Assembly: GCA_044351795.1 (NCBI GenBank)
Contig: JBILFA010000003.1
Span: 2,275 to 66,274 of the forward strand
Reading direction: 5' to 3'
Length of the DNA: 64,000 bases
Source: Bdellovibrionota bacterium
GTDB lineage: Bacteria > Bdellovibrionota_C > UBA2361 > OMII01
The stretch's first letter is position 1. Each line of letters opens with the position of its first letter. A model generated the notes under the pieces. That model was not told where the DNA came from. It did no database searches and saw only the letters and a list, made by a program, of their open reading frames with translations. A program made the translations under genes and the position numbers. Shown here piece by piece: positions 27,892 through 37,764 of the stretch.

Positions 27892-29475
27892 ATGAGCAGC
27901 CGTTTATTTAGATTTGATTTCATCAAACAAGACGTCGCGGCTGGATTCGTTGTTTTTCTCGTTGCGCTTCCCCTATGTCTCGGTATCTCACTTGCTTCAG
28001 AGGCCCCGCTTTTGTCCGGAATTATAACGGGTATCGTAGCAGGCGTGGTCGTGTCGCTCCTCTCCGGTAGCGAGCTGAGTGTGAGCGGTCCTGCCGCAGG
28101 GCTCACGATGACGGTGATTATGGGACAACGCGCAATAGGATCCTTCGAAGGGTTCTTGGTTGCAGTCGTCCTATCCGGCCTCATCCAGGTTGTTATGGGG
28201 CTTGCTCGCACGGGAACTTTGGCGGCGCTTTTCCCGACCAGCGTGATCAAGGGGATGCTGGCCGGGATCGGTATCATCATCATCATCAAGCAGATACCAC
28301 ACGCGTTGGGATGGAACGAACGGTTTGATGTTGCGGAGAGCCTTTTCAGTGCGGTCAATTCAAGTGAGACCTTTATCTCCTGGGTGTTCTCCGCGCGGCA
28401 CTTCGTAAGTTTTGGAGCTGTAATCGTTTCGGCTTTTTCGGTAGCTCTTCTCTTGGGTTGGGAGGTGCTTGCGGGACGAGGTATCAAGTTCTTCAAGCTT
28501 GTTCCCGGGCCTTTGATGGCCGTCGTAATGGCGGTAGGTATCAACGAGCTTTTCAAGGCGTTTGTCCCTGAGTTTGCCCTCACTGCGACCGCAGGCCAAC
28601 TTGTCTCGTTGCCCGACATCTCCGGAGTGAAAGACCTTTTCGCGGCGACCTCTCGGCCCGATTGGGGATTGCTGACCAACCCTGCGGTTTGGACAACGGC
28701 TGGAGTCGTCGCACTAATTGGTAGCATTGAGACCCTTCTATGTCTCGAGGCTACCGATAAGCTCGATCCCCTGCGGCGCGTCTCTCATCCGAACCGCGAG
28801 CTTGTGGCGCAAGGCCTCGGAAATATGATTGCAGGTGCTCTCGGAGGGGTGCCGATGACCTCCGTTATCGTGCGCAGTAGCGCAAACGTGTATTCAGGCG
28901 GTCGCACTCGACTGTCTTCATTTGTTCACGGTGTCCTGCTCCTTGTGTCAGTGGTAGTGATTCCAATGATCCTCAATCTCATCCCGCTAGCAGCATTGGC
29001 TGCCATCCTCATATTGGTGGGGTACAAACTGGCAAACGCACAGCTTTTTAGGAAGATGTTCAAGATAGGCTCAGATCAGTTTCTTCCGTTCATCGTCACT
29101 GTCGTAGCTGTCGTAGGCACGGATCTCCTAACGGGTGTATTGATAGGAACCGCAGTGGGCCTCATGGTCGTGCTGCGCATGAACTACCATGCGGCGTACA
29201 CTTTGGTGCACGAGGATAATAATTACCTCATCCGCTTCGCAAAAGACGTGACGTTCGTCCAAAAGATGAAGTTGAAGCGAGAGCTGGCTCGGGTGCCGGA
29301 TGGTGCCTCTATACTGATCGACGGAGGAGGGGCGATGTTCATCGACTTCGATATTCTCGAGATCCTGAATGACTTCAAGGCTTCCGCAGAAGATCGAAAT
29401 TTAACCATCCAGGTGCGAAATTTTCGTCCCTCACAGTTCAGATTGTTCCCGTTAACCGATGCAGGAGGTGTTTAG
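27892..29475 (+). CDS. SulP-family anion (bicarbonate/sulfate) transporter with STAS domain
   Basis: 'FIKQDVAAGFVVFLVALPLCLGISLAS' is the SulP N-terminus. About 11 TM helices. The C-terminal STAS-like region is 'YLIRFAKDVTFVQKMKLKREL...ILIDGGGAMFIDFDILEIL'. Confidence 0.9.
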   Translation: MSSRLFRFDFIKQDVAAGFVVFLVALPLCLGISLASEAPLLSGIITGIVAGVVVSLLSGSELSVSGPAAGLTMTVIMGQRAIGSFEGFLVAVVLSGLIQVVMGLARTGTLAALFPTSVIKGMLAGIGIIIIIKQIPHALGWNERFDVAESLFSAVNSSETFISWVFSARHFVSFGAVIVSAFSVALLLGWEVLAGRGIKFFKLVPGPLMAVVMAVGINELFKAFVPEFALTATAGQLVSLPDISGVKDLFAATSRPDWGLLTNPAVWTTAGVVALIGSIETLLCLEATDKLDPLRRVSHPNRELVAQGLGNMIAGALGGVPMTSVIVRSSANVYSGGRTRLSSFVHGVLLLVSVVVIPMILNLIPLAALAAILILVGYKLANAQLFRKMFKIGSDQFLPFIVTVVAVVGTDLLTGVLIGTAVGLMVVLRMNYHAAYTLVHEDNNYLIRFAKDVTFVQKMKLKRELARVPDGASILIDGGGAMFIDFDILEILNDFKASAEDRNLTIQVRNFRPSQFRLFPLTDAGGV

Positions 29476-30104
29476 TGGATTCATACAAGAGACTACTCTT
29501 GGCCAATAAAGCTTGGGTCAAAGAGAAGCTGAGCCTGGACTCCGACTACTTCGAGGATCTTGCGCGAGAACAGAAGCCGGAGTTTTTGTGGATCGGATGC
29601 TCGGATAGTCGAGTGCCTGCGGAGGAGATCACCGGAACCCAACCGGGAGAGATATTCGCGCATCGCAACATCGCCAATCTCGTGAACCCTACGGACATCA
29701 ATCTACATAGCGTGCTTTCCTTCGCCGTGGAGTTTCTCAAGGTAAAGCACGTTATAGTGTGTGGGCATTACGGGTGTGGAGGTGTAAAGGCGGCGATGTC
29801 ACGGCAGCGCTTCGGAATCCTCGACGAGTGGCTGCGTCAAATCAAGGACGTCTACTACACTCATAGACACGAACTCGACGATGTTGGAGATATCAACTCT
29901 CGAGCGGACCGATTGGTTGAGCTGAATATTCATGAGCAGGTGCGCAACCTCATGAAGACCAAGGTCATCCAAAAGGCGTGGCACGAGGAGCAGAGGCCGA
30001 TTGTTCATGGCTGGGTCTACAGTATGAGCGATGGGATCATCAAAAATCTGCACAAGGTTGAGCCTGGTGCTCAAATGCACGAGATATTTCAGTTTGATTT
30101 TTAA
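29475..30104 (+). CDS. can: beta-class carbonic anhydrase
   Basis: 'GCSDSRVPAEEI', 'FAHRNIANLV' and 'VCGHYGCGGVKAA' (Zn ligands C, H, C). The GTG start overlaps the sulP stop by 1 nt. Confidence 0.9.
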   Translation: MDSYKRLLLANKAWVKEKLSLDSDYFEDLAREQKPEFLWIGCSDSRVPAEEITGTQPGEIFAHRNIANLVNPTDINLHSVLSFAVEFLKVKHVIVCGHYGCGGVKAAMSRQRFGILDEWLRQIKDVYYTHRHELDDVGDINSRADRLVELNIHEQVRNLMKTKVIQKAWHEEQRPIVHGWVYSMSDGIIKNLHKVEPGAQMHEIFQFDF

Positions 30105-30158
30105 CGCCGAGAGTGGGTTCCATTTGCCGTACACGATGGGGGTTAGTACACTTCCGAC

Positions 30159-31118
30159 ATGCGGCGAGTAGTCCTCTCAGTTTTGGCGATTTCGATCGTG
30201 GCGGTAGTTTCGGTCGGATACCTCTTCTTGCGTGATATGTCCCGGTCGTTTCCCGATCTGCGAGAAGGTATCTATGTGGGGATGATCCACTTCCAGGCGC
30301 AGGAGAGTGGTATCCCCTTGTATGTGCAACGAGTATCGAACTCTCCGGTTTTGATCGTCGCCCTCGGCGACCAACAGGTCCCGGCTCAGCACGCACCGGT
30401 TCACGATCCCTCAGGTAGGAGCCGGTTGCCCCTCATCGTCAGCGGCGCTGACGCCCGTTTTAGGCTTACTGGTGCTCCGAAGGAAGATGGGCGCTACGAA
30501 GGTGAGTGCCTTGACCCGATACACAATAGGACAGGATCCTGGATTCTTCAGAAAGTAGAGATGAATGGAGAGATCGATCGGGAGGACGGCGACCTGCACA
30601 CGTGGATCGCAATGGTACAGGAGCTGCACAAACTAGAAGGCTCAATTGAGGCAGTAAAGCATAGGTACGATTCCCAAAAGGTTCAGATGGAGAATCTTAG
30701 TCCTTATCTTGTCGACGATGGGTCGCTCAGACAGAAAGCAACGTCTCGGCTCAGTAACACATCGAGCGCTCTGGACGAGGCTCGCGCAGATGTGGAGAAG
30801 GTGCAAGCAGAGCTCGACGCCACGATTCGAAACGTCGAACTTTCACAGCGAATTTCGCCAAAGGGGAGATTGGCGATCCTGAGTCGAGAGAGCTTACAAC
30901 GAGAGTCGCGTTGGATAGAGATTACCTTGAAATTGTTGGCTCCAGAGACAACCCCTGGTTTCGAGGAACAGCTCGAGCGCGCCTACCGCATAAAGGCAGT
31001 GCAGGATCAAATTGAAGCTGAACGTCGTCGTATGGAGGAGCTCGATACGTTGGATCGATACCGTGGTGTGGGAGCTGAGACTCCGAATGAGGAGGAGTTT
31101 TACCGTGGCTTGCAGTAG
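30159..31118 (+). CDS. membrane-anchored coiled-coil protein, unknown function
   Basis: N-terminal TM helix 'VVLSVLAISIVAVVSVGYLFL'. The C-terminal half is rich in heptad-like E/K/Q/L segments. Confidence 0.5.
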   Translation: MRRVVLSVLAISIVAVVSVGYLFLRDMSRSFPDLREGIYVGMIHFQAQESGIPLYVQRVSNSPVLIVALGDQQVPAQHAPVHDPSGRSRLPLIVSGADARFRLTGAPKEDGRYEGECLDPIHNRTGSWILQKVEMNGEIDREDGDLHTWIAMVQELHKLEGSIEAVKHRYDSQKVQMENLSPYLVDDGSLRQKATSRLSNTSSALDEARADVEKVQAELDATIRNVELSQRISPKGRLAILSRESLQRESRWIEITLKLLAPETTPGFEEQLERAYRIKAVQDQIEAERRRMEELDTLDRYRGVGAETPNEEEFYRGLQ

Positions 31119-31950
31119 ATCGCTCTTCTCTGTGTTGGTGCTCAGCGTAGGGCTCGCCTCGTCTGCGACAGGACAAGTGCGTTTGGCGACCCTCAATCAA
31201 TCGGTTCGTGTGGTAGGAGAAGCAGCTTCCGCATCGCTCGTTGTTTCGGACGATAGCGGCATAATCGGCGTCACCCCGGCGATTGTGGTAGGGACGGCAA
31301 CTAGGGATAAGGATGAGGTGCTGGTTGTCGGTAGACTGGCGCTTCCGGTTGCTGCCGAGCGACTTTCGTCCCTGGCGATTGTGATCTCTAAAAGCGGAGA
31401 GGTTGCTTCAAGCCTTCGTCAGATTCCATCCCTCAGCGCGGAGCCCGTGTTGCTGCTCGATAAGAGCTCAGTCGAGGCTCGCTTGCTCGAGCAACGCGAG
31501 ACACTCAAAAAATGGGAGACTCAGCTTCGCGCCCAAGAAGCAACATTCAATCGCCTTCAGGCTGACGCTGATGTGATCGCTAATGTGAGCAAGATCGTGA
31601 ATGTAGAGGACGATCTTGATGCTGCAAAAATCGATTCCCAGAGGCTCAAGAGTTCGCTCGAATTGGCTTCTAGACGCCTGGAGTCTCTCAAGATGCAGCC
31701 TGCTCCAACTAACTTCAAGCGCAGGGAGGCCGAGCTTTCTGAGCAGCTCAATGAGCTCTCTACAGCGCTCAAGACAACAGAGGCGAGCGCTCTTGGGCGT
31801 GTAGCGGCTGCCTCGGCTGAATTGAAGCAAAAGCTGGCCTTGATTGAGGCAACCAAGGGCAAGCAGATGGACGTGTTGAACGCTGAACTGGCCCGTGTTC
31901 GTCGAGAACGAGAACAGCTCGAGCGGGATCTTAGCGGTAGAGGTCGTTAG
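31087..31950 (+). CDS. secreted coiled-coil protein, unknown function
   Basis: Signal-like 'SLFSVLVLSVGLASSATGQ'. The C-terminal 170 aa are coiled-coil-like. The start (ATG 31087 or GTG 31105) overlaps the upstream gene. Confidence 0.5.
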   Translation: MRRSFTVACSRSLFSVLVLSVGLASSATGQVRLATLNQSVRVVGEAASASLVVSDDSGIIGVTPAIVVGTATRDKDEVLVVGRLALPVAAERLSSLAIVISKSGEVASSLRQIPSLSAEPVLLLDKSSVEARLLEQRETLKKWETQLRAQEATFNRLQADADVIANVSKIVNVEDDLDAAKIDSQRLKSSLELASRRLESLKMQPAPTNFKRREAELSEQLNELSTALKTTEASALGRVAAASAELKQKLALIEATKGKQMDVLNAELARVRREREQLERDLSGRGR

Positions 31951-31965
31951 GGAAACAAGACAAAG

Positions 31966-31985
31966 CAACGCATTCGCGTTGTTTT
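31966..31985 (+). terminator. putative Rho-independent terminator
   Basis: caacgc-attc-gcgttg hairpin (6-bp stem) followed by TTTT, 16 nt after the stop at 31950. Confidence 0.45.
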
Positions 31986-32165
31986 GCTGGGGGCGCTGCT
32001 GAATTTTAGTCGGAAAGATGTTGGAATAGGGACTTTTGTTCCTGAATTTCGTGGGGAGCCCCCCAAGAAAGGGGCTGGGTAGATACACTACCCCGAGTCT
32101 GCTTTATCGACAGCTCGCGCAACAGATCCTTTCCCGAGTTGCGTTTTTCTAATACCTTCAACACT

Positions 32166-32429
32166 ATGCACGTGGAGGCCGAGTCCGACTTCGAATCTTT
32201 AGTCCAGGCGGTCCGAGCTCGGAAGCTTGTCGAGCCCGCTATCTTCATGCTCGAGATGTGCAAGCCCCTAACCGGGTGTGCCCGGGAGTTTTACAAGGTG
32301 AGTGAGCCGCTGATACAGCTCTTTTTTAAACACACCCTTGGCCCAGCGATAGATCGGGTTTTGTCGTCCTCCCAGAACGTAGAGCTCTTGATTAGGCGAC
32401 TGGAAGATACGAGAGGGAGAGGAGCGTAG
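32166..32429 (+). CDS. small hypothetical protein (first gene of seven-gene cassette)
   Basis: 87 aa from the ATG at 32166. Its stop lies 2 nt before the next start. Confidence 0.4.
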   Translation: MHVEAESDFESLVQAVRARKLVEPAIFMLEMCKPLTGCAREFYKVSEPLIQLFFKHTLGPAIDRVLSSSQNVELLIRRLEDTRGRGA

Positions 32430-32431
32430 TC

Positions 32432-33277
32432 ATGGGTGGTCTCGAGCACGCAACTCCCGGCGTTCTGGTTCTGCTCGCGTTCGCGGTGTGGATGCTCTTT
32501 CGGCAATTGTCCCGGGCGACGAATGGTCATCGACACTTTATTCGTCGTATTCCCGGCGTGGATGCGATCGAGAGCGCTGTGGGTCGTTGTGCCGAACTAG
32601 GCCGGCCCGTTGTGTTTACGACAGCCCTTACGGATGTTGGACCGGTTCTTTTTGCCTGTCTCGGTGTCCTTCATTCGATAGCCAAGCGGACTGCGCAGTA
32701 CAAGTTAAAGCTGCTCATTCCTCAATACTCTCCCGAGGCGATGGCGATTGTAGAGGACACGGTGCGAGAGGCGTATACGTCGGTCGGTCGAGCAAACGCC
32801 TTCGATCCTCAGAGTGTGGTGTTCCTCTCAAGTGAGCAGTTCGCCTTCGCTTCGGGCTACATGGGGCTCGTTCATCGAGAGCGCGCAGGGGCAGCTTTCA
32901 TGTTTGGGGTGTTTGCAGGAGAAGCCTTGGTGTTGGCAGAGGCGGGTCAACAGGTAGGCGCTCGTCAAGTGGCAGCAAGTGTCAGTCCAGAGCAGGTCGC
33001 TTTCTTCATCTGTACCTGTGATTATACCCTCATAGGGGAAGAGCTCTTCAGTGCATCGGCCTATATGAGCAGAGAGTCGGTTCAAGTTGCTGCCTTGGCG
33101 GCCCAAGACAGAGTAAAGCTCCTCTTCGGTATCTTAATTCTTGTTGGCGTCCTGTGTGCTACAGCGGCACAATTTAAGCCTGTGTTTCAATCGTTGATGC
33201 CTCACCACCTTTTGGTCGCCGATTGGGCTACATGGAAGACATGGCTGGAGTTGCTCCTGACTAGTGTGAGGATGTAA
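32432..33277 (+). CDS. membrane protein, unknown function (N- and C-terminal TM helices flanking a soluble domain)
   Basis: 281 aa. TM helix 'GVLVLLAFAVWMLF' then 'IRRIPGVDAIESAVGRCAELGRPVVFTT'. C-terminal TM helix 'LLFGILILVGVLCATAA'. Confidence 0.55.
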   Translation: MGGLEHATPGVLVLLAFAVWMLFRQLSRATNGHRHFIRRIPGVDAIESAVGRCAELGRPVVFTTALTDVGPVLFACLGVLHSIAKRTAQYKLKLLIPQYSPEAMAIVEDTVREAYTSVGRANAFDPQSVVFLSSEQFAFASGYMGLVHRERAGAAFMFGVFAGEALVLAEAGQQVGARQVAASVSPEQVAFFICTCDYTLIGEELFSASAYMSRESVQVAALAAQDRVKLLFGILILVGVLCATAAQFKPVFQSLMPHHLLVADWATWKTWLELLLTSVRM

Positions 33278-33288
33278 GGACCAGACAC

Positions 33289-34383
33289 ATGGCCGGAAAC
33301 ATTGATCGACGAGCTGCTCTGATTCGTATCGCCACATTTTTGGGAGGACTATACTTTTTCCTGTATTTCCTCCTGCCGGAAGCAGTACTGAGCGAGCTTG
33401 GCATCCAGGAACGGCATGAATCGATCTCCAATGGATTTATCGTCGTTGGTGCAATGGCGATCGGCTTGGGATTGATCAATCTCGTAATGGGCCACGGAGG
33501 AAAAGTGGCTTTCAAGCGACCTGGCTGGGGTAACAGCCTGATACTTCTCGTCGCCTTGGTAGCGATGCTGGTCATTACCTGCGGTCAGTGGATGAATGGC
33601 CTGACTACTTCATACGATATTCGAGAAGTGCAGCTCATCGGTGAGTTCGCCAATCGAATCATTGAGGATGACGGTGACGCCGCGAGGCGCGAACGTGTTC
33701 TGCCGCTGCCTAAACGAATCTCTGCGTTGACGCAGTATACTGAAGCAAAGCTCCAGACTGTGACGGCATCGTTATCCGTCATTAACGCTTCCCCGCCGGA
33801 TGAATCGCGCAAGGCATTAATCGAGGAGTTGCAGAGTGCGGCTCGTGCGCTTCAGGGTCCCTTGGAACGGGTGAGCTCCGCAAACTTTTCCGGTTTTAAT
33901 GAAGCTAATCAGGCTGCGTTGAAGGAGTTCATCGAAGGAGCAAACCGACTCGGCGGTGCATATTCTGCACTGCGGCGATCGGATCAGTCTCTGACTCTCT
34001 TCTCCCGGTTATACGATGTGCTCTACAACGGGCTCTTTGTTCAACTCGGCGCAGCGATGTTCGCGCTTTTGGGGGTCTACATTGCAGCCGCCGCATACCG
34101 AGCTTTCCGAGTAAAGACACTCGAGTCAGCACTCATGATGACAGCCGCGGTTGTTGTCATGCTTGGGCAGATATCCGCTGTCTTTCTGATGCTCAATCTT
34201 GGGAGTTTCGGCGAAGATGCCTACCGAATCCTCCCAAAGGCTCGACAGTGGTTGCTTGAGGTTCCCAACAGCGCGGCCTTTCGAGCGATCCGACTTGGTG
34301 CCGGTGTTGCAGGGCTCATGTTGGCCATTCGGATGTGGCTATCGATAGAGTCCAAATCTTTCGGAGTTGGGAAGAAAGGATGA
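33289..34383 (+). CDS. polytopic membrane protein, unknown function
   Basis: 364 aa. Three N-terminal and about three C-terminal TM helices flank a helical soluble insert of roughly 130 aa. Confidence 0.55.
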   Translation: MAGNIDRRAALIRIATFLGGLYFFLYFLLPEAVLSELGIQERHESISNGFIVVGAMAIGLGLINLVMGHGGKVAFKRPGWGNSLILLVALVAMLVITCGQWMNGLTTSYDIREVQLIGEFANRIIEDDGDAARRERVLPLPKRISALTQYTEAKLQTVTASLSVINASPPDESRKALIEELQSAARALQGPLERVSSANFSGFNEANQAALKEFIEGANRLGGAYSALRRSDQSLTLFSRLYDVLYNGLFVQLGAAMFALLGVYIAAAAYRAFRVKTLESALMMTAAVVVMLGQISAVFLMLNLGSFGEDAYRILPKARQWLLEVPNSAAFRAIRLGAGVAGLMLAIRMWLSIESKSFGVGKKG

Positions 34384-35240
34384 TGGAACGGCGCCTTATA
34401 TATTTCATCATGATCGTCGCGGTAACCATACCGGTGATCTTTGAATTCTCATGGTCTCCCTCACGCCTCGTTTCTGCTGAGCGGATGTACGAAGTTGTCG
34501 AGAATGTGCCAGTGAACCAAGGAGAGGTTTCGTTGGTGTGGTTGGACTTTGGGCCCGGCACGATTGCAGAGAATCAGCCGCAAGCTGAAGTGATTCTTGA
34601 GCACCTTTTCCGTCGTCGTGTTCCTGTCGTTGTGCTCTCGCAATATCAGCTCGCTGAAGCTGTGCTGACCTCTATCCCTCGGGAGATAGCTTCCCGGCTC
34701 GAAAAAGAGATGCCTGGTGAGTCCTGGCGCTACGGGGATGCCTGGATAAATGCAGGATACCAGCCTGGCGGAGCTCAAATGATGCAGAATCTGGCGGCTG
34801 CGAAGGATCTTTCGAAATACTTCGGAAGGGACGTAAACGGTATGCCCTTCACGCACTACCCTAAGTTTGCTTCCATCGGTGGCATAGAACGTGTGAAGCT
34901 CGTTGCACAGGTTACCGGGCTTGTGGGTGTATTCGACACGATTATTCAATTCTTCCAAAAGAGCGGCTACCAGCCAACCATCGTCCATGGTTGTACATCT
35001 ATCACTATTCCAGAAGCTTACATCTTTCTCGATTCGAAGCAGCTTCACGGATTACTCGAAGGGGTGGCGGGCGCTGCATGGTACTCAGAGGTGCTCAAGC
35101 AACATAATCCCAAAAGCCGGAACGAGCGGCTGCTGGTGCGAAACACAGCGCTCATTATTGCTCACGTTGTTTTGATCCTGCTCATTGTGATCGGAAATGT
35201 AGTCGGCTTTGTTCGAGCCAGGAGGGGAAGCGATGGTTGA
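34380..35240 (+). CDS. bitopic membrane protein, unknown function
   Basis: ATGA overlap with the upstream stop. TM helix 'LIYFIMIVAVTIPVIF', a soluble domain of about 230 aa, then C-terminal TM helix 'ALIIAHVVLILLIVIGNVVGFV'. Confidence 0.55.
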   Translation: MMERRLIYFIMIVAVTIPVIFEFSWSPSRLVSAERMYEVVENVPVNQGEVSLVWLDFGPGTIAENQPQAEVILEHLFRRRVPVVVLSQYQLAEAVLTSIPREIASRLEKEMPGESWRYGDAWINAGYQPGGAQMMQNLAAAKDLSKYFGRDVNGMPFTHYPKFASIGGIERVKLVAQVTGLVGVFDTIIQFFQKSGYQPTIVHGCTSITIPEAYIFLDSKQLHGLLEGVAGAAWYSEVLKQHNPKSRNERLLVRNTALIIAHVVLILLIVIGNVVGFVRARRGSDG

Positions 35241-35952
35241 TGCTTCCATGTGGTCTTTGATTTCGGTCCTTCTTGGAGGTGTTGCCACTCTTGCGATCTT
35301 TAGTTTTCTCGTTCGCGAGAACGCGTTCTATCGGGCCTTCGAGCACACATTTATCGGTCTGGCTGCCGCGGTTTTGCCGGTGCTGACTATTCGCGATTTC
35401 TTGTGGCCCAAGATTCTGGAGCCGATGTTAGGCTTGAACGGTGTGGTGTATCCGGATGGAACGGTCTCGGAACCGTACCAGCCGCTCTATCTCCTCTACC
35501 TTGTTCCGATGGCGTTCGGCTCTCTCTACTATTTCCTATACTCCAAGCGCCATGCTTGGCTCGCCCGATTGGTGATCGGATTCTCACTCGGCTTGTCCGG
35601 GGCGCTTGCGATTCGAGGCTTCTTTGCTGAGGCGTTGCCGCAGATAGTGGGCAGTTTCAAGCCGCTCATTGTGATCTCGGAGGGCGAGTTCTCAGCTTTA
35701 GCGAGCATCAACAACATGATCTTCGTGGCGACGTTGCTGTTGGTGTTCAACTACTTTTTCTTCACCTTCGGTAAGGAGGGATCGCTTCAGGGTAAGATTG
35801 CACCTCTTGGTAGACCGCTCTTGATGGTGTGCTTTGGTGCCTTTTTCGGATCGACTGTGATGGCCCGTCTTGCTCTCTTGGTCGAGCGCGTTCAGTTCAT
35901 CGTTCGGGATTGGTTTTCGGCCATACTCCAAATAGTTGGGTACGGATCATGA
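35233..35952 (+). CDS. polytopic membrane protein, unknown function
   Basis: 239 aa from the ATG at 35233, after GGAGGGG. 8-nt overlap with the upstream gene. About 6 TM helices. Confidence 0.55.
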   Translation: MVDASMWSLISVLLGGVATLAIFSFLVRENAFYRAFEHTFIGLAAAVLPVLTIRDFLWPKILEPMLGLNGVVYPDGTVSEPYQPLYLLYLVPMAFGSLYYFLYSKRHAWLARLVIGFSLGLSGALAIRGFFAEALPQIVGSFKPLIVISEGEFSALASINNMIFVATLLLVFNYFFFTFGKEGSLQGKIAPLGRPLLMVCFGAFFGSTVMARLALLVERVQFIVRDWFSAILQIVGYGS

Positions 35953-37760
35953 TGAGAACGAAGCCTGACGATCTCAAAACGGTTCTGGTGACGGATTGTG
36001 GGTCTACGACGACCAAGGCACTTCTGTTTGAGAGACGAGAAGATCGCTGGCATCAGACATTTCGTGGTGAAGCCCCAACAACGGTAGAAGAGCCGGTTGC
36101 TGATGTGACGGTCGGAGCGCTCAACGCATTTAGCGAGGTGCAGGAGTTGAGTGGTAGGCAGATCCTAGGGGATGGCGAGCCGCCTTTTCTCGTGACCGAG
36201 CGAAATGCGGCAGACGGGATTGATCTCTACCTATCGACTAGTTCGGCCGGTGGCGGATTACAGATGCTCGTCGCCGGTGTCGTAGGTAACATCACGACTG
36301 AATCAGCCGAGCGAGCAGCGCTCGGCGCAGGGGCGATCGTCATGGATGCTGTATCGGCCGATGATGCGCGCGAGGATCACGAGCGTATCGAGCGTATCCG
36401 GCACATCAAGCCGGACATTGTGCTCCTGACCGGTGGGGTAGATGGAGGCTCTACGCAACACGTTGTCGAGATGGCCGAGATTCTGGTTGCCGCTGCGCCG
36501 CGCCCCCGATTTGGTAATACGCTCAAGCTTCCTGTTATCTACGCCGGTAACAAGGAGGCGGCTGCAGAAGTTGAGAAGATCCTCTCTCAATTTGCTCAGC
36601 TCGTCGTCGTGCCCAACGTACGGCCGATCGTTGAACGCGAGAATCTTGCACCGGCCCGAGAAGCGATACACGAGTTCTTTCTTTCGCACGTCATGAGCCA
36701 CTCTCCCGGCTATGGAAGGCTTATGTCCTGGAGCCCAGTTCCGATTATGCCTACGCCGGCAGCGGTCGGAGATGTCGTCGAGCGCTACAGTGCGACGAGT
36801 GGGTTTAATGTTCTGTGCGTCGATATCGGAGGAGCGACCACGGATGTGTTCTCGGTCTTTCGAGACAAAGTGGGCACCCCGACCTTCAATCGCACAGTGA
36901 GCGCTAATCTCGGCATGAGTTATTCGGTTGCAAACGTATTACTCGAGGCCGGTACCGAATCCATCAAGAGGTGGCTCCCATTCGAGATAGGCGATTCGGA
37001 GCTACGAGATCGCCTTCTCAACAAGATGATTCGTCCGACCTCCATTCCGCAGACAATCGAAGATCTCTTCGTGGAGCAAGCAGTGTGTCGCGAGGCGCTC
37101 CGATTGTCTCTCAAGCATCATCGCTCCCTTGCGGTAGGGTTGGAAGCTCCCCGAGAGAGGGGCATAGCGGACGTATTTCGCCAGTCGTCAGAGCGCTATG
37201 AATTGGTTGATCTCATGAAGCTCGATATCGTCATAGGGTCAGGCGGAGTCTTGAGCCATGCTCCGGATCGCATGCAAGCTGCTCTCATGATGCTCGAAGG
37301 TTTTGGTCTCGAAGGGGTGACGCAGCTATCCGTAGACTCCATCTTCATGATGCCGCACCTCGGCGTACTCTCTTCCGTTCATCCGGTAGCGGCCCAGCAG
37401 ATATTCGAGAACGATTGCCTCGTGCACCTCGGCTGCGGCGTTGTTCCGGTGTATCCGGCTAAATTGTCTGAATCATCCGTGCTGGCTGAGATCTTTCTCG
37501 ACTCGCAGCGAGTCGGTGAGGTTCGCACTAACGAGGTCGTGCGTATCCCAACACCGACACGCGGCACAGCTACGATTCGAGTGGTTCCCACGCGGCGTTT
37601 TATAGACGTCGGAGCCGGAGCGGGCGCTGAGATCGAGCGACGTATTGAGCTTGGTGAGTGCGGCATCCTGTGTGATGGGCGAAATCGGCCGATTGTACTA
37701 CCGCGTGAAGCGTTTCGTTCTCAAAACCAAGTGTATCGTAATCTAGGGTTGATTTCATAA
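35949..37760 (+). CDS. GlmL/MutL-family ASKHA-fold ATPase (glutamate mutase accessory protein-like)
   Basis: 603 aa from the ATG at 35949 (ATGA overlap). 'VLVTDCGSTTTKALLF', 'SSAGGGLQMLVAGVV', 'ERAALGAGA', 'PDIVLLTGGVDGG', 'MPTPAAV' and 'VLCVDIGGATTDVFSV' are collinear with clostridial GlmL as I recall it. Confidence 0.8.
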   Translation: MMRTKPDDLKTVLVTDCGSTTTKALLFERREDRWHQTFRGEAPTTVEEPVADVTVGALNAFSEVQELSGRQILGDGEPPFLVTERNAADGIDLYLSTSSAGGGLQMLVAGVVGNITTESAERAALGAGAIVMDAVSADDAREDHERIERIRHIKPDIVLLTGGVDGGSTQHVVEMAEILVAAAPRPRFGNTLKLPVIYAGNKEAAAEVEKILSQFAQLVVVPNVRPIVERENLAPAREAIHEFFLSHVMSHSPGYGRLMSWSPVPIMPTPAAVGDVVERYSATSGFNVLCVDIGGATTDVFSVFRDKVGTPTFNRTVSANLGMSYSVANVLLEAGTESIKRWLPFEIGDSELRDRLLNKMIRPTSIPQTIEDLFVEQAVCREALRLSLKHHRSLAVGLEAPRERGIADVFRQSSERYELVDLMKLDIVIGSGGVLSHAPDRMQAALMMLEGFGLEGVTQLSVDSIFMMPHLGVLSSVHPVAAQQIFENDCLVHLGCGVVPVYPAKLSESSVLAEIFLDSQRVGEVRTNEVVRIPTPTRGTATIRVVPTRRFIDVGAGAGAEIERRIELGECGILCDGRNRPIVLPREAFRSQNQVYRNLGLIS

Positions 37761-37764
37761 CGTT

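Noticed and set aside
27885-28727. 280-aa ORF antisense to the sulP gene. Similar long antisense ORFs occur at 58811-59482, 31468-32088, 15731-16345, 21785-22396, 10173-10781 and 9920-10519.
   Set aside because: Each lies fully inside a gene with strong family motifs on the opposite strand. Their translations are low-complexity (rich in R, S, P, A), as expected for shadow ORFs in GC-rich DNA. None has a start context or motif.
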